Origin: a bacterium
GTDB taxonomy: Bacteria > Zhuqueibacterota > Zhuqueibacteria > Oceanimicrobiales > Oceanimicrobiaceae
NCBI GenBank assembly: GCA_046757025.1
Contig: JBHHXN010000030.1
Coordinates: 1 to 38,292, forward strand
Direction of reading: 5' to 3'
Length of the DNA: 38,292 nucleotides
In this document: positions 27,203 through 35,755 of the stretch, in pieces
Position numbering within the stretch: the stretch's first letter is position 1
How the letters are laid out: every line of letters begins with the position of its first letter
Program-made: the position numbers and the translations under genes
Notes under the pieces: generated by a model
The model's input: the letters and a program-made list of their open reading frames with translations, nothing else
Databases searched by the model: none
What the model was told of the DNA's origin: nothing

Positions 27203-29272
27203 TTAAAGGTTATCTATTTTAATGGCCGGGATATCATCCATCAGATCGAACTGAAATATTTTTGAATAAAAATAAAGCTCCGCTTCCAGGGAGCGTTTGA
27301 TATTTTCAGCCCGGCGCAAACCGTGCTGTTCTCCTGCAAACGGAATGTATGCGACGGGCAGACCTTTTTTACGCAAGGCGGCCACCATCATTTCGGCTTG
27401 ATTGGGCGGAACCACTTTATCTTCCAGACCTTGAAAAATGATCACCGGGCAGGAGAGGGCGTCCGTGAAGTGGATGGGTGAGCGTTTTAGATAAATTTCG
27501 CGTTGTTCTGGATACTTACCGATCAATTTGTCGAGATAGTGTGACTCGAATTTGTGGGTATCTTTGGCTAGAGCTTCCAGATCGCTGATTCCGTAGTAGC
27601 TGGCGCCGGCCCTGAAAAAATTGTGAAAGGTCAGCGCGCACAACGTGGTGTAACCGCCAGCGCTGCCGCCGGTGATGGCGATTCTTTCCCGATCTACCAG
27701 CTCTTTTTGCACCAGATATTTTGCGCCGTTTACGCAATCAGCGACATCCACTATCCCCCATTTGCCATTTAACCGCTGGCGAAATTCCCGGCCATAACCC
27801 GTGCTGCCGCCATAGTTGACGTCCAGAACCGCGAATCCGCGGCTGGTCCAGTATTGAATTTTCATTTCCAGGACGCTGGCGGTTGTGCCGGTTGGCCCTC
27901 CATGACTTTTCACGATGAGCGGCGGACGCTCTCCCTCTGGCGCTTCGTAATCGCGATTTTGCGGTGGATAATAGTAAGCGTAGGCTGTTAAATCGTTTTC
28001 AGTTGGAAATTCGACAGCCTGCGGACGCGAAATAAAAGTTGTATCAACGGTCAGTTCTGAAGACTTGCGCAGAATGTTGAATTTTAGCGAATTTAAATCG
28101 AGCTGCACCACCGCTTTCGACATGATGGGCGCGGCGGCGAGGAAAACCACCTGCTCCCCCGAAGCGCGGATTTCCTCAAAAAATGTGAACGGAGTTTCTA
28201 TGATTTGTAGTTGACCGTTTGGTGTGTGCAACCGGGCCAAATGCCAGTCGCCGTTTTCGAAATATGTGCAAATCAATTCATTCTCAGAAACGAACGCGTA
28301 GGTGGACATCCCAAAAACCCATTGCGGTAAACCGAACTCAGCATCTTTTTCCAACACCCGTTGCACCCGGTTTGCCTGAAAGCGGTAGAGATTCCACCAG
28401 TTTGAACGGTCGGAGATGAAATAAAGCGTGCCCTCCGGAGACCACTGCGGCTGGAAAATGGACTCGTTCTGGCCGCCAGCAATTTTGCGCACCTGACTCA
28501 CCGCTCCCTGTGTATCCAATTCCCCCAGCCACAATTCCGTACCGTCCCACGGCATATTTGGATGGTTCCAGGTCAACCAGGCCAGTTGGCGCCCGTCGGG
28601 ACTCAAACAGGGTGAAGCGTAAAAATCGTTACCCGAAACCAAGACTTCACTTGCTTGCTGACCGGTGAGTGGCAGAGCCACGATGGTGTTCACGACTTCC
28701 TGACCGCTGTGACTGTGGTCTTCGCGGATGCAAAGCAAACGGTTACGGCGCGCATCTACTAGGAGATCGGCAAAGCGATGATGGCTTTCGTGCGTCAACT
28801 GAATTGGAGAAGATTCGTGGGTCAAACGGTAGAGCTGTTGATCTTCATCGTTGGTAAAATAGACCACGCCGTCGTGCACGGTAAAAGCGCCGCCGCCGTA
28901 TTCGTGTACGCGTGTGCGGGCATTAAAGGGAGACGAGATCACATCCCATAGTTGGCCATTCGCATCGGTGGTCACGACGACATTTCGACCGGCCTCGTCC
29001 GGGCGCATTTCGTTCCAGTAAATCTGGCCACCGTCCAGCACCACTTGCCCCAGCTTGACGCTTTTTTGGACGATCATATCTGACGTAATGGGCGATTTCC
29101 AAGAACCATAAGGACTCGATTGCGGTATGGACATTTCATGCCTCCTAAATTCAATTTCTTGATCTGTTTTGTTTGAACAGGCTGCGGCGAACAAACCCAT
29201 TAAAATGGGAATAATTGAATAAGTAACCATCAATTTTGGAAATGAACCAATTTTGTGCCTCAAAAACCGCAT
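27203..29272 (-). CDS. S9 family peptidase (prolyl oligopeptidase/acylaminoacyl-peptidase-like); alternative internal start at 29134
   Basis: PYGSWKSPI, HGGPT, GGSAGG nucleophile, QGLED..VPP, GEQHG; AGGAGG SD before ATG 29134. Confidence 0.92.
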   Translation of the reverse strand: MRFLRHKIGSFPKLMVTYSIIPILMGLFAAACSNKTDQEIEFRRHEMSIPQSSPYGSWKSPITSDMIVQKSVKLGQVVLDGGQIYWNEMRPDEAGRNVVVTTDANGQLWDVISSPFNARTRVHEYGGGAFTVHDGVVYFTNDEDQQLYRLTHESSPIQLTHESHHRFADLLVDARRNRLLCIREDHSHSGQEVVNTIVALPLTGQQASEVLVSGNDFYASPCLSPDGRQLAWLTWNHPNMPWDGTELWLGELDTQGAVSQVRKIAGGQNESIFQPQWSPEGTLYFISDRSNWWNLYRFQANRVQRVLEKDAEFGLPQWVFGMSTYAFVSENELICTYFENGDWHLARLHTPNGQLQIIETPFTFFEEIRASGEQVVFLAAAPIMSKAVVQLDLNSLKFNILRKSSELTVDTTFISRPQAVEFPTENDLTAYAYYYPPQNRDYEAPEGERPPLIVKSHGGPTGTTASVLEMKIQYWTSRGFAVLDVNYGGSTGYGREFRQRLNGKWGIVDVADCVNGAKYLVQKELVDRERIAITGGSAGGYTTLCALTFHNFFRAGASYYGISDLEALAKDTHKFESHYLDKLIGKYPEQREIYLKRSPIHFTDALSCPVIIFQGLEDKVVPPNQAEMMVAALRKKGLPVAYIPFAGEQHGLRRAENIKRSLEAELYFYSKIFQFDLMDDIPAIKIDNL

Positions 29273-29380
29273 CTTTATTTGTTCAAAATCAAAAATGAGT
29301 GGATGAGTTCTAAGTTGTGTTGGAAGTACAACATCTCTGTCGCGTTTGGCTTCCTTGCACTTCGAATAAAAATTACTTCG

Positions 29381-29539
29381 TATTCCATTTCAAAATAGAT
29401 TGTCGGGTACTTATCTTCATGCTGAGTGCCAATTCAAAATCGGAAAACCGTGATCTTCACCCTGAGTGGAGTTGAAGGGTGAAGATCGGTAGCTGCTGTT
29501 ATCTCTTGTAAACCCTACAACCATTACTGAAATGGAGCA
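29381..29539. repeat. IR-bounded REP-like element in the peptidase upstream region
   Basis: Outer IR 29381-29408 / 29512-29539 (20/28). Inner perfect 12-bp IR GATCTTCACCCT / AGGGTGAAGATC (29452-29487), related to 183-281. Confidence 0.6.
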
Positions 29540-29603
29540 CAAGTGACAATCGGATTAATGACCTCTAGTCTTAAATTGTGAGTTGGTGAATTAATCACGT
29601 TAA

Positions 29604-29632
29604 AATATACCAAAACATAAATGGTTAGTCAA
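29604..29632 (-). promoter_or_regulatory. Putative sigma70 promoter for the S9 peptidase-iolG unit
   Basis: Minus strand TTGACT-17 bp-TATATT with a TGn extended -10. Confidence 0.6.
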
Positions 29633-29658
29633 GTTTTAAAATGCACTCCAGAAAAATC

Positions 29659-29687
29659 TTGCAGTTAAGGGGTCGTTTGTTTATTTT
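29659..29687 (+). promoter_or_regulatory. Putative divergent sigma70 promoter for the molybdopterin oxidoreductase
   Basis: TTGCAG-17 bp-TATTTT. Confidence 0.35.
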
Positions 29688-29891
29688 GGGTTAACAGTCA
29701 GGTCGCAAGCCGCGGTTGTCGATTTTATTTTCAATTTTTTGAGCGTGCCTTTAAATTCTATTTCCACTAATATTGCGGTGAACTAAAAAAAGGCTTCGCG
29801 TGGGACAAAGCGGGGTGACAAGAATTGAGACGTTTCGAATATTTTGTAGTTGCAGAGTTACCAATTCAAAACAATCCGAAGGAGAGTAATC

Positions 29892-31892
29892 GTGTCGGAC
29901 AAGTTAAAGCCCTCTGCGTGTCCCATGGATTGCCCGGATGCGTGTAGTTTGGAAGTGGAAGTGACGGATGAACGAATCACCGGAATTCGGGGATCTCACT
30001 TAAATCCCACCACTCAGGGATTCATCTGTACAAAGGTTGCACGCTTCGCTAACCGGGTGTATTCTTCTCACCGGTTGCACCATCCCATGAAACGGGTTGG
30101 CAAAAAAGGTACCGGCCAATTTGAAAGAATAAGCTGGCAGGAAGCGCTGGAGAACATCTGTGCAAAGTTCACTGCCATTCAAAACGAATGGGGTGGGGAA
30201 GCCATCCTGCCGTATTCCTATGGCGGGTCAAACGGTTTGCTGGGGCAGGACACTTGCGACCGGGTCTTTTTTGCGAAATTGGGGGCGTCACGGCTGGCAA
30301 GAACGGTTTGCGCCGCTCCCACTACCGAAGCGGCTCTGGGCTTATATGGTAAAATGCCGGGCACGGCGTTTGAAGATTATGAATTTGCCCGTTTCATTTT
30401 GATTTGGGGAGCCAATCCCAAAGTGTCGAATATTCATCTGATGCCGTTTATCAAAAAAGCCAAAGCGGCTGGCGCAAAAATCGCCCTGGTGGATCCGCGT
30501 TTAAATTTTTCAAAAAATGAAATCGATATGCATCTACCGGTTTTCCCTGGTACCGATTTGGTGGTGGCGTTGGCGCTCATCCATGTTTGGCAAAAAATGA
30601 AACTGTTAAATTGGGATTTTATTCACACCCACACCAAATCCGTGGACACCTTACTACAAGCGGCATCAAATTATCCGCCTGAACGAGCGGCCAAAATAGC
30701 CGGCGTTGCCAGGAAGGATATTGAATTGTTAGCACAGTGGTATGCCGGTCACGATCCCGCGGTGCTGCGAATCGGCTGGGGACTGGAACGAAACCGAAAT
30801 GGCGGGCAGGCGGTGGCGGCCATTCTATCCCTGCCAGCCCTCTTGGGTAAATTTGGCCTGACAGGTTCTGGCTACACTCTCAGCAACAGCGCCGCCTACA
30901 AAATAGATGGTCCGGCGCGGGTCGGCTCTTCCGAGTGGAACACGCGAATTGTAAATATGAACAAATTAGGCCGGGTTTTGCAGCACGAAATCGCTCCGCC
31001 CATCAAAGGCTTGTTTGTGTACAATTGCAATCCCGTTGCAACTATGCCGAATCAAAACGCCATACTTGCTGGATTAAAGCGAGAGGATTTGTTTACCGTG
31101 GTATTTGATCAGGTGATGACCGACACTGCCCATTTCGCGGACATCCTTTTGCCGGCGGTGACTTTTTTGGAGCAAAAGGAATTGACCACAGGTTACGGTG
31201 CATACGCACTGCAATATTTGGATGCCGTCATCCAACCTGTTGGCGAAGCCAAATCCAACGAGGAAGTGTTTGCGCTATTAGGCCGCAGCATGGGGTGGAC
31301 CGACCCGGCGTTTTATGAGGATACGGAATCCTACTTGAAACGGATAGTGAGTGCTGTCGGTGGCCTGGGAAAACCGGTTCATCTTGAAACTTTAAAACGG
31401 AACAAGATCGCTTTTTTTGATTTTCCTGGTAGCAGACCGCAGCAATTTAAAACCGTATTTCCCTGCACACCCGATGGTAAAATCGATTTCACGCCGGCGG
31501 TGCTCGGTCCATCCCCGTATGTTTTTAAAACGGCTCCAACCAGCCGCTATCCGTTAGCGCTGATTTCACCCGCTACCAACAAAATGACCAACAGTACCCT
31601 GGGCGAATTTAATTTCCCCGAGCAGTATGTACTGATGAATTCAATTGACGCACAAAAACGATCTGTAAAAAACGATACCATGGTGAAAGTTTTTAATGAA
31701 TTGGGTGAAGTTGTGGTCAAAGCCAGATTGAGTGACTCGGTACGGGAAGGCGTGGTGGTGATGCCAAAAGGCGCCTGGCGTAAATCATCCCAAAATGGCC
31801 TGACTGCTACGGCGCTGGTTTCGGATGAAATCAGTTCAGTCGGCGGCGGCGCCTGTTTCAACGATGCCAGAGTGGAGGTGGCAATTTATTGA
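29892..31892 (+). CDS. Molybdopterin-dependent oxidoreductase (DMSO reductase/MopB family, YoaE-like), no Tat signal
   Basis: CPMDCPDAC...GFICTK 4Fe-4S motif, RISWQEAL, RTVCAA, WGANP, DTAHFADILLPA, C-terminal MopB domain; GTG start after AAGGAG. Confidence 0.9.
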   Translation: MSDKLKPSACPMDCPDACSLEVEVTDERITGIRGSHLNPTTQGFICTKVARFANRVYSSHRLHHPMKRVGKKGTGQFERISWQEALENICAKFTAIQNEWGGEAILPYSYGGSNGLLGQDTCDRVFFAKLGASRLARTVCAAPTTEAALGLYGKMPGTAFEDYEFARFILIWGANPKVSNIHLMPFIKKAKAAGAKIALVDPRLNFSKNEIDMHLPVFPGTDLVVALALIHVWQKMKLLNWDFIHTHTKSVDTLLQAASNYPPERAAKIAGVARKDIELLAQWYAGHDPAVLRIGWGLERNRNGGQAVAAILSLPALLGKFGLTGSGYTLSNSAAYKIDGPARVGSSEWNTRIVNMNKLGRVLQHEIAPPIKGLFVYNCNPVATMPNQNAILAGLKREDLFTVVFDQVMTDTAHFADILLPAVTFLEQKELTTGYGAYALQYLDAVIQPVGEAKSNEEVFALLGRSMGWTDPAFYEDTESYLKRIVSAVGGLGKPVHLETLKRNKIAFFDFPGSRPQQFKTVFPCTPDGKIDFTPAVLGPSPYVFKTAPTSRYPLALISPATNKMTNSTLGEFNFPEQYVLMNSIDAQKRSVKNDTMVKVFNELGEVVVKARLSDSVREGVVVMPKGAWRKSSQNGLTATALVSDEISSVGGGACFNDARVEVAIY

Positions 31893-32069
31893 GAGTGACT
31901 GCTTTTTGAATTTATTTTTTGTAAAGGATTGTTCTTTTCTCAGTGTTTGATTCACTTCTTTGTTTTTCCTGATTTTAACTTTAGAAAACAACCCACCTGG
32001 TCGATATTTCTTCCACATAGCCATTTTCAATAGAACGATTTTTTGAATAAGTTGTAAAGGCCTTTAGAC

Positions 32070-33344
32070 ATGAAAAAAATTCATCTTCAATGTTGGGTTT
32101 TTGTGTTTGTAATGACAAACGGATTGCATGCGGGCGGTTACCAAAAGGAATTCAGCCTGGGTTTTAATTTAACCAGTCAAAAATTGTTGGGAGATTCGTA
32201 TTCGGGGCATTTTGTTTTTGGTGGAAATCCCTTTTCAGTTCGGTTGAACTTCGCGCCCAACGCTTTCATTGAATCAGACCTGGGTTACGCGCGTTTGGCG
32301 ACCCGGGTGGCCGGCAGAGGATTGGACACCGAAATGTACAATCTGGGGGCGAAATTGGGATTGCGTTTGTATGCTTACAAAAAATTCAATCCACTAATTT
32401 ATTTTGGATTAGGGCTCATCAATTACAGCATTAATAAATCCACACGTTTCTGGGATGGTTACGCAGCGGTAGGCGGCGGTTTCGAATATCTCTTTTCCAA
32501 CAGATTGGCGCTCAATTTCAGCGGCGACTATCGTTACACTTCAGCGGATGGCTTCGACGGCGCCAAACTTGGGCGCAAGAAGGATGCCTTCATCAATTTC
32601 AGCGTCGGCATATTTTATTATTTGAAACACCAAACGCCAATTCAGCAAAATTTTGATGTGTCATTTTCTGAAGAATATCTCGCGGTGGAAGAAGTGACAG
32701 CGGAAGGGAATGATCTCAAAAATCCTGAATTCGCTTCAGACGAAAAGCAAAATCAACCCAACCATGTGCAACCGAAAAGACACACTGAAATTAGAAAATT
32801 GTTAGCTGAAAAAGTCGCAACCTTAAATCTGCTGCTGGTAAAAGCACGTGTTTTCGACGACCAGATTCGCAGGCTGGAAACCGCGTTGAGTGTAAGTCAG
32901 AAAAAGAATTATTCAAATTTCCGTTCTGCTAACAAACGCATCTTACACGGAATACATAAGCGATATAAAACCGGTTTGGGTTATTTTGAAGCGGGCCAAT
33001 TTGAGGATGCAATTTATACCTTCAAGAGTCTTCAGCGCGAGAATCCACATCACGAGGTAGCAAAAAACAGCTGGTTCTGGTTGGGGGAATGCTACTTCAG
33101 CATTCAGGACTTTGAGGAGGCGGCCAAATCATACCAAGCCTTTTTATCCGAAGAGAATCCTTTATATAAAAGAGAAATCGCCCAGTATATGTTGGGACTT
33201 AGTTTGTTCAAATCCAGTGAAATTGACCAGGCAAAAATCGAATTGAATTTGCTGCTTAAAATGAATCCTAATACGAAATTCAAAAAAATGGCTGAACAGT
33301 ATCTGACACGGATGCCCAACCACATTCCCTCATCTGTCGATTGA
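32070..33344 (+). CDS. Outer-membrane beta-barrel fused to a coiled coil and a CpoB/YbgF-like TPR domain
   Basis: Signal peptide; barrel strands (PLIYFGLG, VGGGFEY, GDYRY, FSVGIFYY); TPRs (YKTGLGYF..GQFEDA, FWLGECYF..DFEEAA, YMLGLSL). Confidence 0.75.
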   Translation: MKKIHLQCWVFVFVMTNGLHAGGYQKEFSLGFNLTSQKLLGDSYSGHFVFGGNPFSVRLNFAPNAFIESDLGYARLATRVAGRGLDTEMYNLGAKLGLRLYAYKKFNPLIYFGLGLINYSINKSTRFWDGYAAVGGGFEYLFSNRLALNFSGDYRYTSADGFDGAKLGRKKDAFINFSVGIFYYLKHQTPIQQNFDVSFSEEYLAVEEVTAEGNDLKNPEFASDEKQNQPNHVQPKRHTEIRKLLAEKVATLNLLLVKARVFDDQIRRLETALSVSQKKNYSNFRSANKRILHGIHKRYKTGLGYFEAGQFEDAIYTFKSLQRENPHHEVAKNSWFWLGECYFSIQDFEEAAKSYQAFLSEENPLYKREIAQYMLGLSLFKSSEIDQAKIELNLLLKMNPNTKFKKMAEQYLTRMPNHIPSSVD

Positions 33345-33350
33345 TTCATC

Positions 33351-33944
33351 ATGGTAAATTCATACTCTAAAAAATTTATTTTGACGCTTACTGACGCGTT
33401 TTATTCTCATGAAATTCTGGAATCTTTTCTCCTGTTGTTGGATAGATTATTTGTAAATAAATTTATATCAGAAAAGACTTTTGAATTTCAGATTTTAAAC
33501 GCATCGTTGGATTCTCAATTTATCTCAAGAATCAATGTTCAGAAAACCATCCGCTACCTTCGTGGTGACCCAAAGGAGATAAATATTCAGCGAAGTCTGC
33601 AAAATTCGCATGCTTTTTTATTCATTCAGCGAGCGGAAGGCAAGGGATTTATTTCAAATAGATTTTATGAATTTGTGACCTGCCAAAAAAAGGTGCTGGC
33701 GCTGGTTCCAAATACCAGTACCTTTGAAGAATTAACCAGGGAGCTGCCGGAGGTCTATTGTGCGGACATACGCAGTCCCTTCTCTATTTGCAGCGCGTTC
33801 ATACAGATGTTTTCTGATTGGGAAAAGCAATGTCAAATTGAACTGTGGCAGACATTGCTGCTACCCGAATGGAAAACTGATTTTCAGACGTCCCACCCGA
33901 TGGGCATACATAATAGACTCACAGCCACAAAAATTCCTTTGTAA
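33351..33944 (+). CDS. Hypothetical protein resembling the C-terminal half of a GT-B glycosyltransferase
   Basis: SHAFLFI...ISNRFYEFVTCQKKVLAL resembles the GT4-type ADxLL..P.KxYEY..GKPILA motif; starts 6 nt after the upstream stop. Confidence 0.55.
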   Translation: MVNSYSKKFILTLTDAFYSHEILESFLLLLDRLFVNKFISEKTFEFQILNASLDSQFISRINVQKTIRYLRGDPKEINIQRSLQNSHAFLFIQRAEGKGFISNRFYEFVTCQKKVLALVPNTSTFEELTRELPEVYCADIRSPFSICSAFIQMFSDWEKQCQIELWQTLLLPEWKTDFQTSHPMGIHNRLTATKIPL

Positions 33945-34032
33945 GTATCAAATGATTGTTTTATGGGTTAGGATGGATTATTGTGGAAATCTGGGCATAT
34001 TTGATAAAGAGAAGTAGGAAGATGCTCCGTGC

Positions 34033-34194
34033 TTTTGTCATTCCCCGCCTTGCTGGATAAGCAGGCGGAGTCTTATTGGATTGGACGTAAAGCGCTGTTT
34101 ATTAAAAAGATTCTTCCAGCCTTTCCCGCAAAGCGGGAAATGACCATTATTGTGTGCTCGGTTTTTAGTTGATGTTTCGACTTTTCACAAAGTC
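34033..34194. repeat. Degenerate GTCATTCCC...GGGAAATGAC repeat with a TTTTCACA-type right end
   Basis: 34033-34058 matches 10751-10776 (22/26); 34174-34194 matches 10781-10801 (18/21); internal TTTCCCGC-AAA-GCGGGAAA hairpin. Confidence 0.65.
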
Positions 34195-34309
34195 ACGTTA
34201 GGTTGAGGCCTGGACACCCCCCCGGAATTTCATTTTGCAGAAATCTTTGTTGCTTTAAATTTCAAAACACTTCACGAACTTATTCTCCGGTCAATTTCGA
34301 AATGGTAAT

Positions 34310-34546
34310 TCAGGTTTCGATGGCAATTCGTTCGGCATTGACAATTCGTAAAATGATACGCAAAGCATCTTTGATTCTTTGCAGGTTGGCCGGCGTCACC
34401 GTGACGACGTACGCGTCATGTCCGTCACTGGAATGGACGACGTCATCCTGATAACTGGGATTGTGCAAGGTGCTGATCAAACTGTTGAGTTCAGTGATTT
34501 CATTGAGATTCACATTATTGATTCGCAGATCAACTCGATTAACCAC
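34310..34546 (-). CDS. Small hypothetical protein (78 aa)
   Basis: GTG start preceded by AAGGAGAG; higher GC than the flanking DNA; candidate promoter upstream. Confidence 0.6.
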   Translation of the reverse strand: MVNRVDLRINNVNLNEITELNSLISTLHNPSYQDDVVHSSDGHDAYVVTVTPANLQRIKDALRIILRIVNAERIAIET

Positions 34547-34740
34547 TTTTATTTCTCTCCTTAAAAAATTTTACAATAAACTCATTCCTGATAAAAAGTA
34601 ATTACACGGCCCAAAATCGTAATTTCAATTTTGTAATACCTCCGTGTCGTGGTCGTGGATGTGTATCGTTGAAAGTGTTTATTAATAAAAAACTTAATGG
34701 AATTGTATTTTGAGCCATGATGTTGATTACTAATTGTTTT

Positions 34741-34757
34741 ATCAATATTTGTGCCAA
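34741..34757 (-). promoter_or_regulatory. Putative sigma54 -24/-12 promoter for the 78-aa gene
   Basis: Minus strand TTGGCAC-AAATA-TTGAT against consensus TGGCAC-N5-TTGC. Confidence 0.45.
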
Positions 34758-35088
34758 GGCTTAAATCGCTAAATATCGAGTTCAATGCAAGGTGATTTAG
34801 CGGGTTTGAAACAAGGCGACACGTTCCCCTGGGTACAGGTGAACCATCTGGTGCATGAATGAATGTGAAATAAAAATGGCACCGGCAACAATTGAAAATA
34901 AATCGAAGCAAATAGTCCACACCTGTGGTGTAGTTTCACACATTTGTCGTAAATAAGATTAACTCTAAGTAATGCATAAAAAGAACTTAGGGTCAAAAGA
35001 AAAGCCTGGTACACAGTTTGTATTTAGGCTCAGTCGATCACAAGATTTTCATGCAATGAAAAATATTTTACCTTAAACGGAGGGCCTC

Positions 35089-35697
35089 ATGAATTTACAT
35101 AAATACTTTTCGTGGATGCTGTCGTGTTTTCTGATGGTGATGATTGTTAGTTCAGCCCAGGCTAAACCGGATTCAACCAAATCGCGGTTTTCACACAAAG
35201 GGATAAAAGTGGCCGTCGGCTCCGGTTCCGTGGAGATGACGTCCGAACGGCAGCTTGAGGAAGGAGAAGGCGGGTTGCTATGCATCGGTTACGGTTTCAC
35301 CAATCGCTTCACCCTGTGGCTGACCTTGCTGGGTTCAGAGCATACACCAATCAAACAAACCGACCTCATTCAAAAATTCAGCGGATTGGAATTGAATATT
35401 CAGCACAAATTCGATGTGGACGACCGATTGCAACCGTATGGTAAATTGGGTTTCGGCCTTTACGGTTTAGAAAGTCAGCAAAGCGCTACGCGATTGGTCG
35501 GGGCCGGCGTGAATTTGGCTTTTGGTCTGGACTACTTTTTTTCGAAACACTTTGGCGTCGGCGCGGAATTGATGTACAAAAAGCTGGATTATTATCTCCA
35601 AAGCACCAAAGCTGTGGAAGGAGAATTCGTGACGGAATTAAATCCTGATCTGAACGGCGATACGGTGGCTCTCATGATTACTTTTACAATTCAGTGA
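35089..35697 (+). CDS. Outer-membrane beta-barrel protein (OmpA-TM/porin-like, about 8 strands)
   Basis: GGAGG SD; signal peptide ending AQA; IGYGF, LQPYGKLGFG, FGLDYFF, amphipathic C-terminal strand. Confidence 0.85.
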   Translation: MNLHKYFSWMLSCFLMVMIVSSAQAKPDSTKSRFSHKGIKVAVGSGSVEMTSERQLEEGEGGLLCIGYGFTNRFTLWLTLLGSEHTPIKQTDLIQKFSGLELNIQHKFDVDDRLQPYGKLGFGLYGLESQQSATRLVGAGVNLAFGLDYFFSKHFGVGAELMYKKLDYYLQSTKAVEGEFVTELNPDLNGDTVALMITFTIQ

Positions 35698-35755
35698 GAC
35701 CAAAGCTTTGTTGCGTCAACGGGTACGTCCGTCTTCCGTAATTTAAATAGAAGGG

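Noticed and set aside
29690..29891. Moco/Wco riboswitch in the long leader of the molybdoenzyme
   Set aside because: I could not recognise the conserved motif or a convincing multi-stem fold; an Rfam search would be needed.
1..34194. Palindromic repeats as a CRISPR array or integron attC array
   Set aside because: The repeats are dispersed and heterogeneous, not regularly spaced; no cas genes or integron integrase are present.
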